A DNA stretch of 50,926 bases from positions 1 through 50,926 of the forward strand of contig JBBRAE010000021.1 of the NCBI GenBank assembly GCA_038207085.1, in the 5' to 3' direction. Below are positions 29,017 to 40,143 of this stretch, one piece after another. A program made the translations under genes and the position numbers. The notes under the pieces are model-generated. The model did no database searches, was not told where the DNA came from, and worked only from the letters and a program-made list of their open reading frames with translations. Source of the stretch: Armatimonadota bacterium. Lineage in GTDB: Bacteria > Armatimonadota > UBA5829 > DTLH01. The stretch's first letter is position 1. Each line of letters starts with the position of its first letter.

Positions 29017-29570
29017 TTAGACTTCCAGCAGCTCAGACTCTTTAGCCTTGACAAGCTGGTCGAGCCTCTCGATATACTTGTCGGTCAACTTCTGAACCTG
29101 TTCCTGAGCGCGCTTGTTTTCGTCCTCTGAAATCTCTCGTTTCTTCTCAAGGGCTTTCAGATGCTCGTTCACATCGCGGCGTACGTTTCGAATCGCGATC
29201 TTGTGATCCTCAGACTTTTTGCTAAGGGCCTTGATAAGCTCCTTGCGCCTCTCCTCTGTGAGGTAAGGCACGTTCAGCCGGATCACGTTGCCGTCGCTCT
29301 GGGGGGTCATACCGAGGTCCGAGTTCATAATCGCCTTCTCGATAGCAGGGATTGCTCCCTTGTCCCACGGCGTAACGATGATCTGCCTCGGCTCCGGAGC
29401 TGTTATGCCCGCGAGCTGGTTGATAGGCGTCTTGGAGCCGTAATACTCCACCTGGACGCCGTCCAGCACAATCGGGTTAGCTCGACCGGTGCGGATGGTG
29501 GAAAAATCGTGCTGTCCCACCTCGACCGCCTTGGCCATTCTGTGTTCCGCGTCTTTTGTCAGTTCGGGTA

Positions 29571-29574
<4 letters not shown>
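29017..29574 (-). CDS. frr: Ribosome recycling factor
   Basis: [23 protein letters not shown]. Confidence 0.97.
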
Positions 29575-30299
<725 letters not shown>

Positions 30300-30304
30300 A
30301 CTAA

Positions 30305-30904
30305 CTACGCCTGCTCTCCGACTCTGAATCTGACGAACCTCTTGACCTCGATCTTCTCACCGAGCTTGCCGATGATCTCATGGATGAGATCCCCGATCTT
30401 CCTGTCGGAATCCTTGATCCAGGGCTGATCCAGCAGAACGACATCCTCGTAGAACTTCTCAAGACGACCCTCGACGATCTTCGGAACAGCAGCCTCAGGC
30501 TTGTTCTCTTTTGCTGCCCATGCCTTGTGGATCTCACGCTCGTTCTCGATGGTCTCAGCAGGAACTTCCTCGCGAGTGATGAACTTCGGCTCGCTCCAAA
30601 CGACCTGCATAGCAAGGTCGCGGGCCAGTGTCTGGAACTCCTCGGTCTTTGCAACCGGGGCGGTCTCGCATGCGAGCTCAACCATAACAGCCTTCTGGCC
30701 GCCGGTGTGCACGTAAACGCCGATGGTGCCTTCGGTGGTCGCTCTGGTTTCACGCTTCGCCGCAACCGCTTTGCCGCGCTGCCTGAGCAGGTTAACCGCC
30801 TTGTCGAAGTCGCCGTTGGTCTCCGAAAGCGCCTGCTTGCATTCCATCATACCGGCGCCGGTTTTCTCTCTGAGTTCCTTAACCATATTAGCAGTAATCG
30901 CCAA
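30305..30904 (-). CDS. tsf: Elongation factor Ts (short form, TTG start)
   Basis: [16 protein letters not shown]; 199 aa; GGAGG RBS. Confidence 0.96.
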   Translation of the reverse strand: MAITANMVKELREKTGAGMMECKQALSETNGDFDKAVNLLRQRGKAVAAKRETRATTEGTIGVYVHTGGQKAVMVELACETAPVAKTEEFQTLARDLAMQVVWSEPKFITREEVPAETIENEREIHKAWAAKENKPEAAVPKIVEGRLEKFYEDVVLLDQPWIKDSDRKIGDLIHEIIGKLGEKIEVKRFVRFRVGEQA

Positions 30905-31098
30905 TTTAAGCCTCCAAATGCCTTCGGACAGTATCGTCCGCGAATATATTATGTAGTTTCAAAAAATAGTTGCAATAAATGTCAGCATTCACTGAGTGCT
31001 GCTAACCGATTGCGCTTAACACCCTTGACCCGGTTGCCCAACGCCACAAAATCGCCAGCAGGAGATTATGGCAGCCATATCAACAGTACAGCCACTCT

Positions 31099-32141
31099 CT
31101 ACGGTTGCTGATAAACAGCGTCGATACTCGGATCGTATATCTCCGTTCCAGATGGCACTCGCAGCTTGTATGCATCGTCATCAATGGACGGATTGATCAG
31201 GAAATCCTTTCCGTAAGTAGCAATGATAGTCGAGAGCTTTCCGTGCCTGCCGTCCACACCAAGACCGTATGTCACCTTTGTTGACTTGGCGGGTCCCCAA
31301 ATACCACTACTGTAGGCACGCAACTCCGTGATAGTCTCAGCGACTAGCATCTTCTCTGAGAGACTTCCGCCCTAAACCCATACCTGATACTTAGCCCGCT
31401 TTATTCGTGAAGCGAATAAAGCTTTCGCTAACAGAGCATTATTCACGCTACTCGTGAATAATGCGGATTAGGCACTGTATAACCTTTGGCAGGAGTAATC
31501 CAGAAGACCTGCGTCAACTTAGTTGTGTTACCGCCAGATAATCGACTGATATCGGCCTTCTCAACTACAACGCAATCGTCACCATCTATGGTTTCGTGAC
31601 GTGTGACAAGCATGCGGTCAAGCGTGGTTGGTGATTTCACGCTGCGGTCCAACCGAACAAGGCCGTGGTCGATCATACTCACTTCGTCCAGCACCTGAGT
31701 GTTAACTGATTGCCCAAACCTACTTCCAAGGTCGGCGGATGTGGCAGTATTGTGATCGGTATAAAGAACACTAACCTTCTGCCCATCACACATAAACACC
31801 CTGCGTGTCTTCGTACCAGGCACGATGAGCGTCTTGCATTCCTCCGGTGTCAATTCGGAAGATGGTTCAACCTTGTCGTATACCATCTCTTGGACTACGT
31901 TGTACCTGCTGCCATCATAAGTGACCGTGTATTCACTTGTAGTCTGGTAGCTGATTCTACCAGTGCTTGATCGTAATACTGTTACTTTACCCTTTGCACC
32001 GTGAACGAGTGACGCAGTCACGTTGCACCCCTTGATCAACACATCTAGTTCAGCATTCTCTTGAGAGTAGCCAGACTGAACACATGCTGACAATCCACAT
32101 ACGAACACTGATATCACAACGCACATCCACAGCCGTTTCAT
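31099..32141 (-). pseudogene. Secreted hypothetical protein (~321 aa, beta-rich, possibly LolA-like) disrupted by a MITE and an amber codon
   Basis: Signal peptide MKRLWMCVVISVFVCGLSA. Removing 77 bp joins ORF 31443-32141 in frame to ORF 31099-31350 through VPKYQVWV*GGSLSEKM. Confidence 0.75.
31391..31471. mobile_element. Tiny palindromic MITE, copy 2 (73 bp plus TTAG duplication)
   Basis: TTAG-CCCGCTTTATTCG...CGTGAATAATGCGGA-TTAG; excision restores the host reading frame. Confidence 0.85.
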
Positions 32142-32167
32142 TCCAGGTAGACTCCTTCCTTGATGAC

Positions 32168-32572
32168 CTATGGATTGCTGGTGGGCATCCAAAACTGGCT
32201 GAGAGGGGCAATCACACTGTCATCCCTCTTACAGGTATGCACTTCGCACTTGCATCCATTCACCCATCCGCAGTTCGCTCTCGTATGATAGACGGCAGTC
32301 CCGGACTCTTTTGCTTGTGGAACCAGAGGGTTCTCAATCTCCCGGCTAGTACATGGGTCGGTTATTGGTGTACAGTAATCGTCATCTAGTCACAGCTCTA
32401 TATTAATACCGCTCTTGCAAAGCTCAATAGTAATCTTGTAATTGTTGCTACACCCACCCTTCACTGCATTCATCTCATCTTCACACAGCGACCACGCCCC
32501 AAATGCGGCCATTGTGAGGGGCAGTGTCACCATTGCGGATAATGCGACAACTGGAATCAACTTCACACTCAC
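32168..32572 (-). CDS. Secreted Cys-rich precursor-like protein (134 codons) with one in-frame TGA (pseudogene or recoded)
   Basis: Hydrophobic N-terminus, LCEDEMNAVKGG motif; the frame stays open for 73 codons after TGA(32392-32390) and is Cys-rich. Confidence 0.6.
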
Positions 32573-32661
32573 AACCTAATCCTGCAAGAATAGACAACTA
32601 CGAATCTTGCCAATTGCCTCCAGCAAACTGCTCTGGAAGAATCCTGCGTTCCAGATACGCA

Positions 32662-32690
32662 TTTGCGCAGGGCGTCATGCCCTGCGCAAA
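32662..32690. terminator. 12-bp hairpin downstream of rpsB
   Basis: TTTGCGCAGGGC-GTCAT-GCCCTGCGCAAA; no strong U-tract. Confidence 0.5.
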
Positions 32691-32736
32691 CCGTGTTACT
32701 ATTCGAATTAGTCGTTATTGCAGAGTCAGGTCGAGC

Positions 32737-33585
32737 TTATTCGGCCGGTTCAGCAGCAGGAGCTTCTTCGGCGAAAGTCTCGACGTTCCCAACCTCAACT
32801 TCACGCTCGGTGACTTCGGACTGGGACTCTCCCGAAACGGTCTCATCGACGAACTCCACGCCCTCAACCTCGGGCTCCATCTCGACTTCTTCACCCTCGG
32901 TCTCAACCTGGCGGATCTCAAGGATCGCGTCTGCGATCTTGTTGGAGATCAGCTTGATTGCGCGGATGGCGTCGTCGTTTCCAGGAATGACATAGTCGAC
33001 TTCGTCCGGGTCGCAGTTGGTATCAACGATCGCAACCACAGGGATGTCGAGCTTTCTTGCCTCTGCAAGAGCGATGCGCTCCTTCTTCAGGTCGACGATG
33101 TAGATCGCACCGGGGAGCTTGGGCATATCTTTGATACCGCCAAGGAATCTCTCGAGTCGGTCGGCCTGTTCGCGGAGCTGAGCAGCTTCCTTCTTGGTGA
33201 GCTTCTCAAATATCCCGTCGGCTTCCATCTTCTTGAGCTCGTTCAGGCGGGTGATTCTCGTTCTGATGGTCCGCAGGTTGGTGAGCATCCCACCAAGCCA
33301 GCGCTGGTTCACGAAGTACATTCCACAGCGTTTTGCAGCCTCTTCGACCGCTTCCTGCGCCTGCTTCTTCGTTCCTACGAAAAGCACATCCTCGCCGTTT
33401 GAAACCACTTCCTGGATGAATGCTCTCGCATCCTCAAAAAGCTTGAGGGTCTGGTGCAGGTCGATGATGTAGATTCCGTTGCGTCCCCCGTAGATGTATC
33501 TTTTCATCTTCGGGTTCCATCTCCGGGTCTGATGCCCGAAATGGACTCCTGCTTCCAGAAGTTCTTTCATTGTAATTGATGCCAC
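32737..33585 (-). CDS. rpsB: 30S ribosomal protein S2 (GTG start, acidic tail)
   Basis: [47 protein letters not shown]. Confidence 0.98.
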   Translation of the reverse strand: MASITMKELLEAGVHFGHQTRRWNPKMKRYIYGGRNGIYIIDLHQTLKLFEDARAFIQEVVSNGEDVLFVGTKKQAQEAVEEAAKRCGMYFVNQRWLGGMLTNLRTIRTRITRLNELKKMEADGIFEKLTKKEAAQLREQADRLERFLGGIKDMPKLPGAIYIVDLKKERIALAEARKLDIPVVAIVDTNCDPDEVDYVIPGNDDAIRAIKLISNKIADAILEIRQVETEGEEVEMEPEVEGVEFVDETVSGESQSEVTEREVEVGNVETFAEEAPAAEPAE

Positions 33586-33602
33586 GTGTACTGTCCTCCT
33601 AT

Positions 33603-33684
33603 TGGTTAATGTCCTCCCGCCGCATCTACCTTCAGTCGACCCGCGCAAGCGGGCACCCGACGTCAGTCCGCGACGGTGCGTGAT
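33603..33684 (-). promoter_or_regulatory. rpsB (S2/t44-like) leader
   Basis: CACGCAC...GGGTGC...GCGGGAGG...TAACC with internal hairpin CCCGC-TTGC-GCGGG. Upstream promoter TTGCGT(33726)-18-TAAACT(33697). Confidence 0.65.
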
Positions 33685-33754
33685 CCAAACCTTGTTAGTT
33701 TACCATATTCATAGCACAAAACGCAATACTTTGTGTCCGTTTGATCGCTTTCGT

Positions 33755-34381
33755 CTATTGTAACGGGTACCAACTTAGGAGCACATCGTAGCTGTAGCGA
33801 TCGCTCCCGGAATTGTTGCGAAGAAACGCCGTGGTCAGAGCATACTGGTCCGACAACGTGAAGCCAAGCCCAAGCGACGCTGCGTTTTCGGAACCCGTGG
33901 TGTAGTCGGCCAGCAGTGCGACGCGTTCGCTGAGCGGTCTGTCGTAGCCAAGCATTACCCTGGTCTGCCCTTCGAAGCGGATCAAGCCGGAGTGCACCCT
34001 TGAGCTGCCGATCTCAACGTATCCTACAACATAGGGCTGCGACTTTTGGCCGCTTCCGGCGTTCTGTATGCCAAGGGCGACAGCGCCTTTCTTGACGGGC
34101 CATCTGACTTTGGCGTTCCAGACATCCGACGACTCGTCACCATCTCCAGCGACGTCGTAGCCGACCTCCACGTTCTTTGCCAATCCGTACTGCAGCAAAG
34201 TGGACGAATCGGCTGCCTTGAAAGCCGCTGTCGGGTCGCCGGTCATGTCGAACTCGACGGCAAGCACCCCGCGTTCAACCACATCAGCCGTGGGAATGAC
34301 ATTCAAACCGCTTGTCGCGCACATCCCTGCAGATGCGACCATCACTGACAACAAAGCGACTGACCTACATGTGTTCTTCAC
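33755..34381 (-). CDS. Secreted putative outer-membrane beta-barrel protein
   Basis: Signal peptide, GLNVIPTAD, alternating beta-strands, aromatic C-terminus. Confidence 0.7.
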   Translation of the reverse strand: MKNTCRSVALLSVMVASAGMCATSGLNVIPTADVVERGVLAVEFDMTGDPTAAFKAADSSTLLQYGLAKNVEVGYDVAGDGDESSDVWNAKVRWPVKKGAVALGIQNAGSGQKSQPYVVGYVEIGSSRVHSGLIRFEGQTRVMLGYDRPLSERVALLADYTTGSENAASLGLGFTLSDQYALTTAFLRNNSGSDRYSYDVLLSWYPLQ

Positions 34382-34571
34382 AATAACCTCCGAATATCGT
34401 TGCTATGGGTGTTACTTATATGTGCATTCGTAGCACTCCTGCCTATTTGTCGCCTGCCTGCAAAATAATGGAAATAATTACGATTTGCTTATTGCGCGCA
34501 ACTTCCTAAGGCAGTAGAATACCTCTGTTCAAGCCGCCAACCGGTTGCGGATATTTCAGGAGTTACTAACT

Positions 34572-36362
34572 TTGCGACTAAGAAAGCCAAAAGCGCCGAA
34601 GATTCTCAAGAAGAAGCATATACTCAAGCGGACTTTGCCGCTTTTTGGGCCTTACAGATGGCAACTGCTGCTTTCAATGCTCTTTGTGAGCATTACAGGA
34701 CTGTGCTATTCATCTATGCCGATGTTCACAAAGCACGTAGTTGATGTTTCCATACCAAACAGGGACTTTGGCGATGCACTTATAGTCATGATCGGGTTTG
34801 TCGGACTGATGATCGTGCGGATGGCATCGTGGTATGCGGGGCAGTGCTTTCTGTTGATGATCCGCGAACAGATTATCTTCAGCCTGCGCTCGTCGGTCTT
34901 CGCTCAGATGCAGGAGCTATGCCTGCGGTTCCACAACCGCTACAGCCCGGGCTATCTGTACGACAGGACACTGGGCGGGGCATCGACGTCTGTCGGTATG
35001 TTTCTATCGATGTTCTTCAACAATATTGTGACCTACGGCGTCGTGCTTAGTTTCTCGGTGTTCTTCTGCATCGCGCTCAGCCCTGTTATGACCGCCATTC
35101 TCTTTACAATGAGTCTGAGCTACGTGTTTGCGGCGAAGCACTTCCGCAAGCAGATTCACAAGGTCACCAAAGCCTTCAACCTCGAGAGCAACGAGTTTGC
35201 GGGGATGCTCACCGACCTCCTGCGCGGCGTGAAGACCATCAAGGCGTTTGCGATGGAGCAGCGCGTGGTGGAGGACTTCAATTCGCGCCTCTGGCCGCTC
35301 CAGATGAAGAGTCTGGATGTGAACAAAGAGACGATGCGCCTGAACTTCGTCTCGGAGGGGCTCGGTTACTTCATCTCGACCGCCGTGATACTGCTCGGCT
35401 CCTATATGGTGATCTATCACAAAATGCCGCTCGGAACTCTTGTGGCTTTCGTCTCATACCAGGGGATGATCACTGGAATGTTGATGCAGCTCTCCACCGT
35501 CGCAGGCACCTACGGATCGGCGATCGCGGGGCTTGAGCAGATATACGAGGTCCTTGACGAGGAACCGACCGTTGTGGAATCCCCAAACGCCGTTGCGCCT
35601 GAGTCGCCGAAGGGCAGGATCACATTCGAGCACGTCTACTTCTCATACGAAGAGGACAAGCCGGTCGTCAGTGGAATGTCTGTCGATATCCCGCCGGGGC
35701 AGTCGGTCGCGCTTGTCGGCCCAAGCGGCGGCGGCAAGTCGACCTTTGCGAACCTGCTTCTCAGGCTCTACGACCCCGACAGCGGCGTGATCAAACTCGA
35801 CGGCAAGGACATCTGTGAGCTGTCACTCACCGACTACCGCAGTCTCTTTGGCGTCGTCCTACAGGAGCCGTTTCTCTTTAACGAGACGATCTACGACAAC
35901 CTGCAGGCCGTAAAACCAGACGCAACCGATGAGGAGATGCGCGATGCGCTCACTCGTGCACAGGCGTGGGAGTTCGTCGAGAACTTGAGCGGTGGTTGGC
36001 ACTTCAAGGTGGGAGAAGGCGGCTCGCAGCTCTCCGGCGGTCAGCGCCAGAGGATCGCCCTCGCCCGCTGCATCCTGACCGACCCGAAGATCATGGTGCT
36101 CGACGAAGCAACAAGCGCGCTCGACAACCAGTCCGAAGCGCTCGTTCAAACTGCTTTAGAAGAGATGATGCACAAGCGCACGGTAATCGTCATCGCCCAC
36201 CGCCTGAGCACCGTGCGAAACGTGGACCGGATTCTGGTGCTTCAAAAGGGAAGAATCGTGCAGGACGGCACATTCGATCAGCTCTGCCGGGAGCCGGGGG
36301 TGTTCAGGGATCTGCATATGTTGACGCTTCGAGGGACTGAACCTGCTGGTGAGGAGTGCTGA
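34572..36362 (+). CDS. ABC exporter, fused TMD and NBD (MsbA/Sav1866 class)
   Basis: GPSGGGKST, LSGGQRQR, LDEATSALD, IAHRLST. Confidence 0.93.
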   Translation: MRLRKPKAPKILKKKHILKRTLPLFGPYRWQLLLSMLFVSITGLCYSSMPMFTKHVVDVSIPNRDFGDALIVMIGFVGLMIVRMASWYAGQCFLLMIREQIIFSLRSSVFAQMQELCLRFHNRYSPGYLYDRTLGGASTSVGMFLSMFFNNIVTYGVVLSFSVFFCIALSPVMTAILFTMSLSYVFAAKHFRKQIHKVTKAFNLESNEFAGMLTDLLRGVKTIKAFAMEQRVVEDFNSRLWPLQMKSLDVNKETMRLNFVSEGLGYFISTAVILLGSYMVIYHKMPLGTLVAFVSYQGMITGMLMQLSTVAGTYGSAIAGLEQIYEVLDEEPTVVESPNAVAPESPKGRITFEHVYFSYEEDKPVVSGMSVDIPPGQSVALVGPSGGGKSTFANLLLRLYDPDSGVIKLDGKDICELSLTDYRSLFGVVLQEPFLFNETIYDNLQAVKPDATDEEMRDALTRAQAWEFVENLSGGWHFKVGEGGSQLSGGQRQRIALARCILTDPKIMVLDEATSALDNQSEALVQTALEEMMHKRTVIVIAHRLSTVRNVDRILVLQKGRIVQDGTFDQLCREPGVFRDLHMLTLRGTEPAGEEC

Positions 36363-36556
36363 CAGAAATGCGTCACGTGCTCCAGACGAAGAATTGGGAT
36401 GTTGGGACGGCGGACTACGATAGGTGTTTCGTGCGTCGTTGCAGCATTGTGGATAGGGAGCACCTTCTTTCCCACTGCCGACGTGTCTGCAAGAATCAAT
36501 ACTCTGGTAGTGATATGTGTGCAGCTGTGACGGTCAGTGCATTGGGTTGACGATTT

Positions 36557-36588
36557 CTAACCCGCATTATTCACTAGTGTCGGATTAA
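36557..36588. mobile_element. Tiny MITE, partial copy 3
   Basis: CTAA-CCCGCATTATTCAC is the exact reverse complement of the right end of copy 1. Confidence 0.6.
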
Positions 36589-36653
36589 CTTGAATCTGAC
36601 GCATTCGCCACCCTGTTCATCGAAGCCTCTGCACGCTTCGGTACGGCTAAGAG

Positions 36654-37727
36654 CTACTCGTCCCCCAGCGCCTGCAGGCGATCGGCCTGGTCGGCGGCTA
36701 CTAGGTGGTCGATCAACTCCTGGATGTCGCCTTCTAGGACCGCGTCTAGCCTGTAAATGGTGTAGTTGATACGATGATCTGTCATGCGGCTCTGTGGGAA
36801 GTTGTAGGTGCGGCACTTGTCGCTGCGGTCGCCGGTGCCGACCATCAATCGCCTCGCCGAAGCCTCTTTTTCCGCCTGCGCCTCAATCTCGCGCTCAAGG
36901 AGGCGAGATCGAAGGATCTTCATCGCGCGTTCCCTGTTCTGGAGCTGAGAACGCTCGTCCTGGCACTGCACGACGATTCCCGTCGGTTTGTGCGTAATGC
37001 GTATCGCGGTTTCGTTCTTCTGGACGTTCTGACCACCCGCGCCAGCCGAGCGATAGGTGTCGATGTGAAGGTCGTCGGGGTGAATACTTACGTCGACCTC
37101 CTCGGCTTCGGGGATGACCGCAACCGTTGCAGCCGATGTATGGATTCGACCGCTCGATTCCGTCGCCGGAACGCGCTGAACTCTGTGAACGCCCGACTCA
37201 AATCTGAGCGCACTGTACGCGCCCTGTCCTCGAATCTCAAGCACAGCTTCCTTGTAGCCGCCGATGCCCGTAGAAGTAGCGGACAGCATATCCGTCTTCC
37301 AACCGCGACGCTCAGCATAACGCTGATACATCCTGAACAGGTCTGCGACAAAAAGCCCTGCTTCTTCGCCGCCGGTGCCCGCGCGAACTTCCACGATGAC
37401 GTTCTTGTCGTCGTTCGGGTCTTTGGGCAAGAGCAAAATCTTAAGTTCCTGCTCAAGTGGTTCGACAGCGTCTTTCAGCTCGTCAAGCTCGGCCTGCGCC
37501 ATCCTGCGCATGTCGTCGTCGAGTGACTCTGAAAGCATCTCCTCAGTCTCGCGAATCTGGCGTTTGACCCCTTGATACTCGCGGAACTTGGTGACCACAT
37601 CAAAGAGGTCCGAGTGCGCCTTGGCGACGCGCTGGTACTCCGAAGGATCGTTGACGATCCCCGGGTCCCCCAGCCTCTCGCCGAGCTCTTCGTATCTAGC
37701 TTCTACTTCTTTAAGTCGTTCAAACAT
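36654..37727 (-). CDS. prfA: Peptide chain release factor 1
   Basis: VQRVPATE (PxT) and GGQ. Confidence 0.97.
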   Translation of the reverse strand: MFERLKEVEARYEELGERLGDPGIVNDPSEYQRVAKAHSDLFDVVTKFREYQGVKRQIRETEEMLSESLDDDMRRMAQAELDELKDAVEPLEQELKILLLPKDPNDDKNVIVEVRAGTGGEEAGLFVADLFRMYQRYAERRGWKTDMLSATSTGIGGYKEAVLEIRGQGAYSALRFESGVHRVQRVPATESSGRIHTSAATVAVIPEAEEVDVSIHPDDLHIDTYRSAGAGGQNVQKNETAIRITHKPTGIVVQCQDERSQLQNRERAMKILRSRLLEREIEAQAEKEASARRLMVGTGDRSDKCRTYNFPQSRMTDHRINYTIYRLDAVLEGDIQELIDHLVAADQADRLQALGDE

Positions 37728-37752
37728 GTATATAGTCGCCAGTAGCTGGTAG

Positions 37753-38703
37753 CTAGATGGCAGCCTCTTCTATTTCTTTCACGGCCATGAATGACTTGAT
37801 CGCCACCTCGACCTGCTCATCGGATGGTTCCTGGGTCGTCAGTTTCTGCATAAGAAGCCCCGGGCCGAGCAACAGTTTGGTGTACCAGGAGTGCTTTCGT
37901 CCGCCCGCAAATCTGATAATCTCGTAGGCGATCCCGGCGACTATCGGCAAGAACAGGAGCTTGTAGCCTACCCGAATCAGCCAGTTGTCCCAAGAGAGCA
38001 GCATGAACACCAGAATGCTGACAAACACAACGACCAGCAGGAAACTCGTGCCACATCTGACGTGAACAGTGGAGTATTTCTGAACGTTGGCGGTCGTAAG
38101 TTCCTCATCGGCCTCAAACGCGTTGATGACCTTGTGCTCAGCGCCGTGGTACTCGAAGACGCGCCTGATGTCCTTCCAGTGGCTGATGCCCCATATATAC
38201 AGGAACAGGAAGGTAAGCTTGATGCCGCCCTCAAGGAGCCCGCGCCATATCTGAGGCACGTCCTTACCAGGAAGCGCAAGCTTGGTGAGCCCCGCGGGGA
38301 GCATCATAAACAGGACGATCGCAAGCGCAAGTGAGACAAACATCGTCACACTGAGCGCGATCTCAGTCACCTTGCCTGACTTCTTTGGGTCCTTTGGGGC
38401 GCAACCGGCCTCGACGGGATTGGCTTTCGCCTCTTCGTCGGCCATAGCGATATTTGCGGCCCACATCAGCGACCGCATACCAAGGACAAGCGAGTCGGCG
38501 AGCATAAGCGTCCCGCGGAAAAGCGGCTTGTTCAGCCACTTCATCTTGCCGAGGATAGTCCCCTCGATCGGTTCTGCGGTTGTCTCTATACTACCGTCAG
38601 CGCGTCTACATGCGACAGCAAAATGCTTCTTGCCGCGCATCATGACGCCCTCAATTACCGCCTGCCCACCGTAGTGAAAGCTTCCTGCCTTCTCATTTGC
38701 CAC
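37753..38703 (-). CDS. DUF1385 domain protein
   Basis: GGQAVIEGVMMR, YHGAEHK, HVRCGTSF, QKLTTQEP. Confidence 0.93.
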   Translation of the reverse strand: MANEKAGSFHYGGQAVIEGVMMRGKKHFAVACRRADGSIETTAEPIEGTILGKMKWLNKPLFRGTLMLADSLVLGMRSLMWAANIAMADEEAKANPVEAGCAPKDPKKSGKVTEIALSVTMFVSLALAIVLFMMLPAGLTKLALPGKDVPQIWRGLLEGGIKLTFLFLYIWGISHWKDIRRVFEYHGAEHKVINAFEADEELTTANVQKYSTVHVRCGTSFLLVVVFVSILVFMLLSWDNWLIRVGYKLLFLPIVAGIAYEIIRFAGGRKHSWYTKLLLGPGLLMQKLTTQEPSDEQVEVAIKSFMAVKEIEEAAI

Positions 38704-38804
38704 TTTATTGCCTACCTTGTTCCAGGCAAACAAAAAGGAAGCAAACCACCCGAGCAGAGCCCGAGTGTTTCCGTTGCTTCCTTTATCAAACTTGCCCGAA
38801 AATA

Positions 38805-39020
38805 CTAAGATTCTTTCTTCTTTGCGAGGTTGTACCTCTGGTTGAACTTCTCGACGCGGCCCTCGGTGTCAAGAATCTTCTGCTTGCCCGTAAAGAACGG
38901 ATGGCAAGAAGAGCAGATTTCGACGCGGATCTCGTCTTTGGTCGACTTGGACTTCCAAGACACGCCACATGCACACGTCACGTTTACTTCTTTATATTCA
39001 GGATGGATTCCCGCCTTCAT
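38805..39020 (-). CDS. rpmE: 50S ribosomal protein L31 (Zn-binding type)
   Basis: [26 protein letters not shown]. Confidence 0.97.
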   Translation of the reverse strand: MKAGIHPEYKEVNVTCACGVSWKSKSTKDEIRVEICSSCHPFFTGKQKILDTEGRVEKFNQRYNLAKKKES

Positions 39021-39201
39021 CATTCACCTTCCCACAGATAATTACCGCCGAACATCCATTAGGACGTTGGACGGCGACTATAGATTATACCATACTCTCT
39101 CAAATACTGGCAAGAGTCACTTCAAGCGTGGTATACTTCGTTTAGCCAGCTATATTCACTTCACGAATAGAGCGATCGCCAAAAAGTGTGGAGGCAGCGC
39201 G

Positions 39202-40119
39202 ATGTATTGTCAGAAATGCGGGTCAGAGCTTGGTTCCGAAGTGAGTATGTGTCCAAAGTGCGGCGCGTTTACAGGAACGACCGAACAGACGGGCCAATCG
39301 CCGAAGTCGCGAAGCAAGCTAGTCTACATTTTAGCAGGGATACTTGGGGTTGCGATTGTCGCAGGGATAGTTGCGCTTCTTATGCTCCGCGGCAGGCCGA
39401 TAACTCAGGGAGAGCAAACTGTCTCAAACTCAGGGCCTGCGATCACAAACACCGAGCCTCCCACTCCGGGCGGCGGACCGGCGATCACAAACGCTGCGCC
39501 CGCACAACCCTCTCCCGCGTCGCCGACCAACACACCGCCGAAGAAGCCCAATGCTCCGCAGACGGTCATCGACTACATAAACTTCGTGAAACAGGTGGAA
39601 GCCTCTCGGCAGGCGCTTCTGCGCGATACCGCCCGTGCCATTTCGCTCTCTGCAGGAGCCGCACAGGCTCAAAGTCTCATCGATGCGATCGATATGGCGA
39701 TGGACGACTCGCCTCAAGACAAGCCGAAGAAGGCGAATGCAGTCGAAGATGAGCTCAAGCGCCAGGCTACAAACTGGTCCAACCTCCTGCGCAACTTCGA
39801 CTCTCGGCCAGCGCCCCAGGAGTGCAATGAGTTTGCAGGAAATTATCGCTCTGTGCTCTCATCGGAGACTCAGGAGATGCAGAGACTCGGTTCGATCCTC
39901 GGCGGCACAGACTGGACGAACGTCCAAAGCATCCAGGACTCACTTTCAAAGCTGCAGACTATGAAGAGCGACCCGAATCTGCAGGGAAACATCGACAAAG
40001 CAGTTGAGAACGCAGACGGGCGACTCACCACTCTCTGCGACAGCTATGCAAATATGCCGAAGCCGTTCACGGTAGAAAAAGAGACCGGTGGAGGCAGCAT
40101 TATCGGACCTGGCCTGTAG
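39202..40119 (+). CDS. Zinc-ribbon, single-TM protein with Pro-rich linker and extracytoplasmic helical domain
   Basis: MYCQKCG...CPKCG followed by a TM helix; GGAGG RBS. Confidence 0.8.
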   Translation: MYCQKCGSELGSEVSMCPKCGAFTGTTEQTGQSPKSRSKLVYILAGILGVAIVAGIVALLMLRGRPITQGEQTVSNSGPAITNTEPPTPGGGPAITNAAPAQPSPASPTNTPPKKPNAPQTVIDYINFVKQVEASRQALLRDTARAISLSAGAAQAQSLIDAIDMAMDDSPQDKPKKANAVEDELKRQATNWSNLLRNFDSRPAPQECNEFAGNYRSVLSSETQEMQRLGSILGGTDWTNVQSIQDSLSKLQTMKSDPNLQGNIDKAVENADGRLTTLCDSYANMPKPFTVEKETGGGSIIGPGL

Positions 40120-40143
40120 CACAAGCTATCACTGTATAGGTAT

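Noticed and set aside
31371..31374. Pyrrolysine read-through of the in-frame TAG
   Set aside because: The gene is already broken by the MITE, so secondary decay is simpler. No pyl genes were seen.
34572..36362. ABC transporter as the dedicated exporter of the double-glycine peptide
   Set aside because: It lacks an N-terminal C39 peptidase domain and is separated from the cassette by rpsB and another gene.
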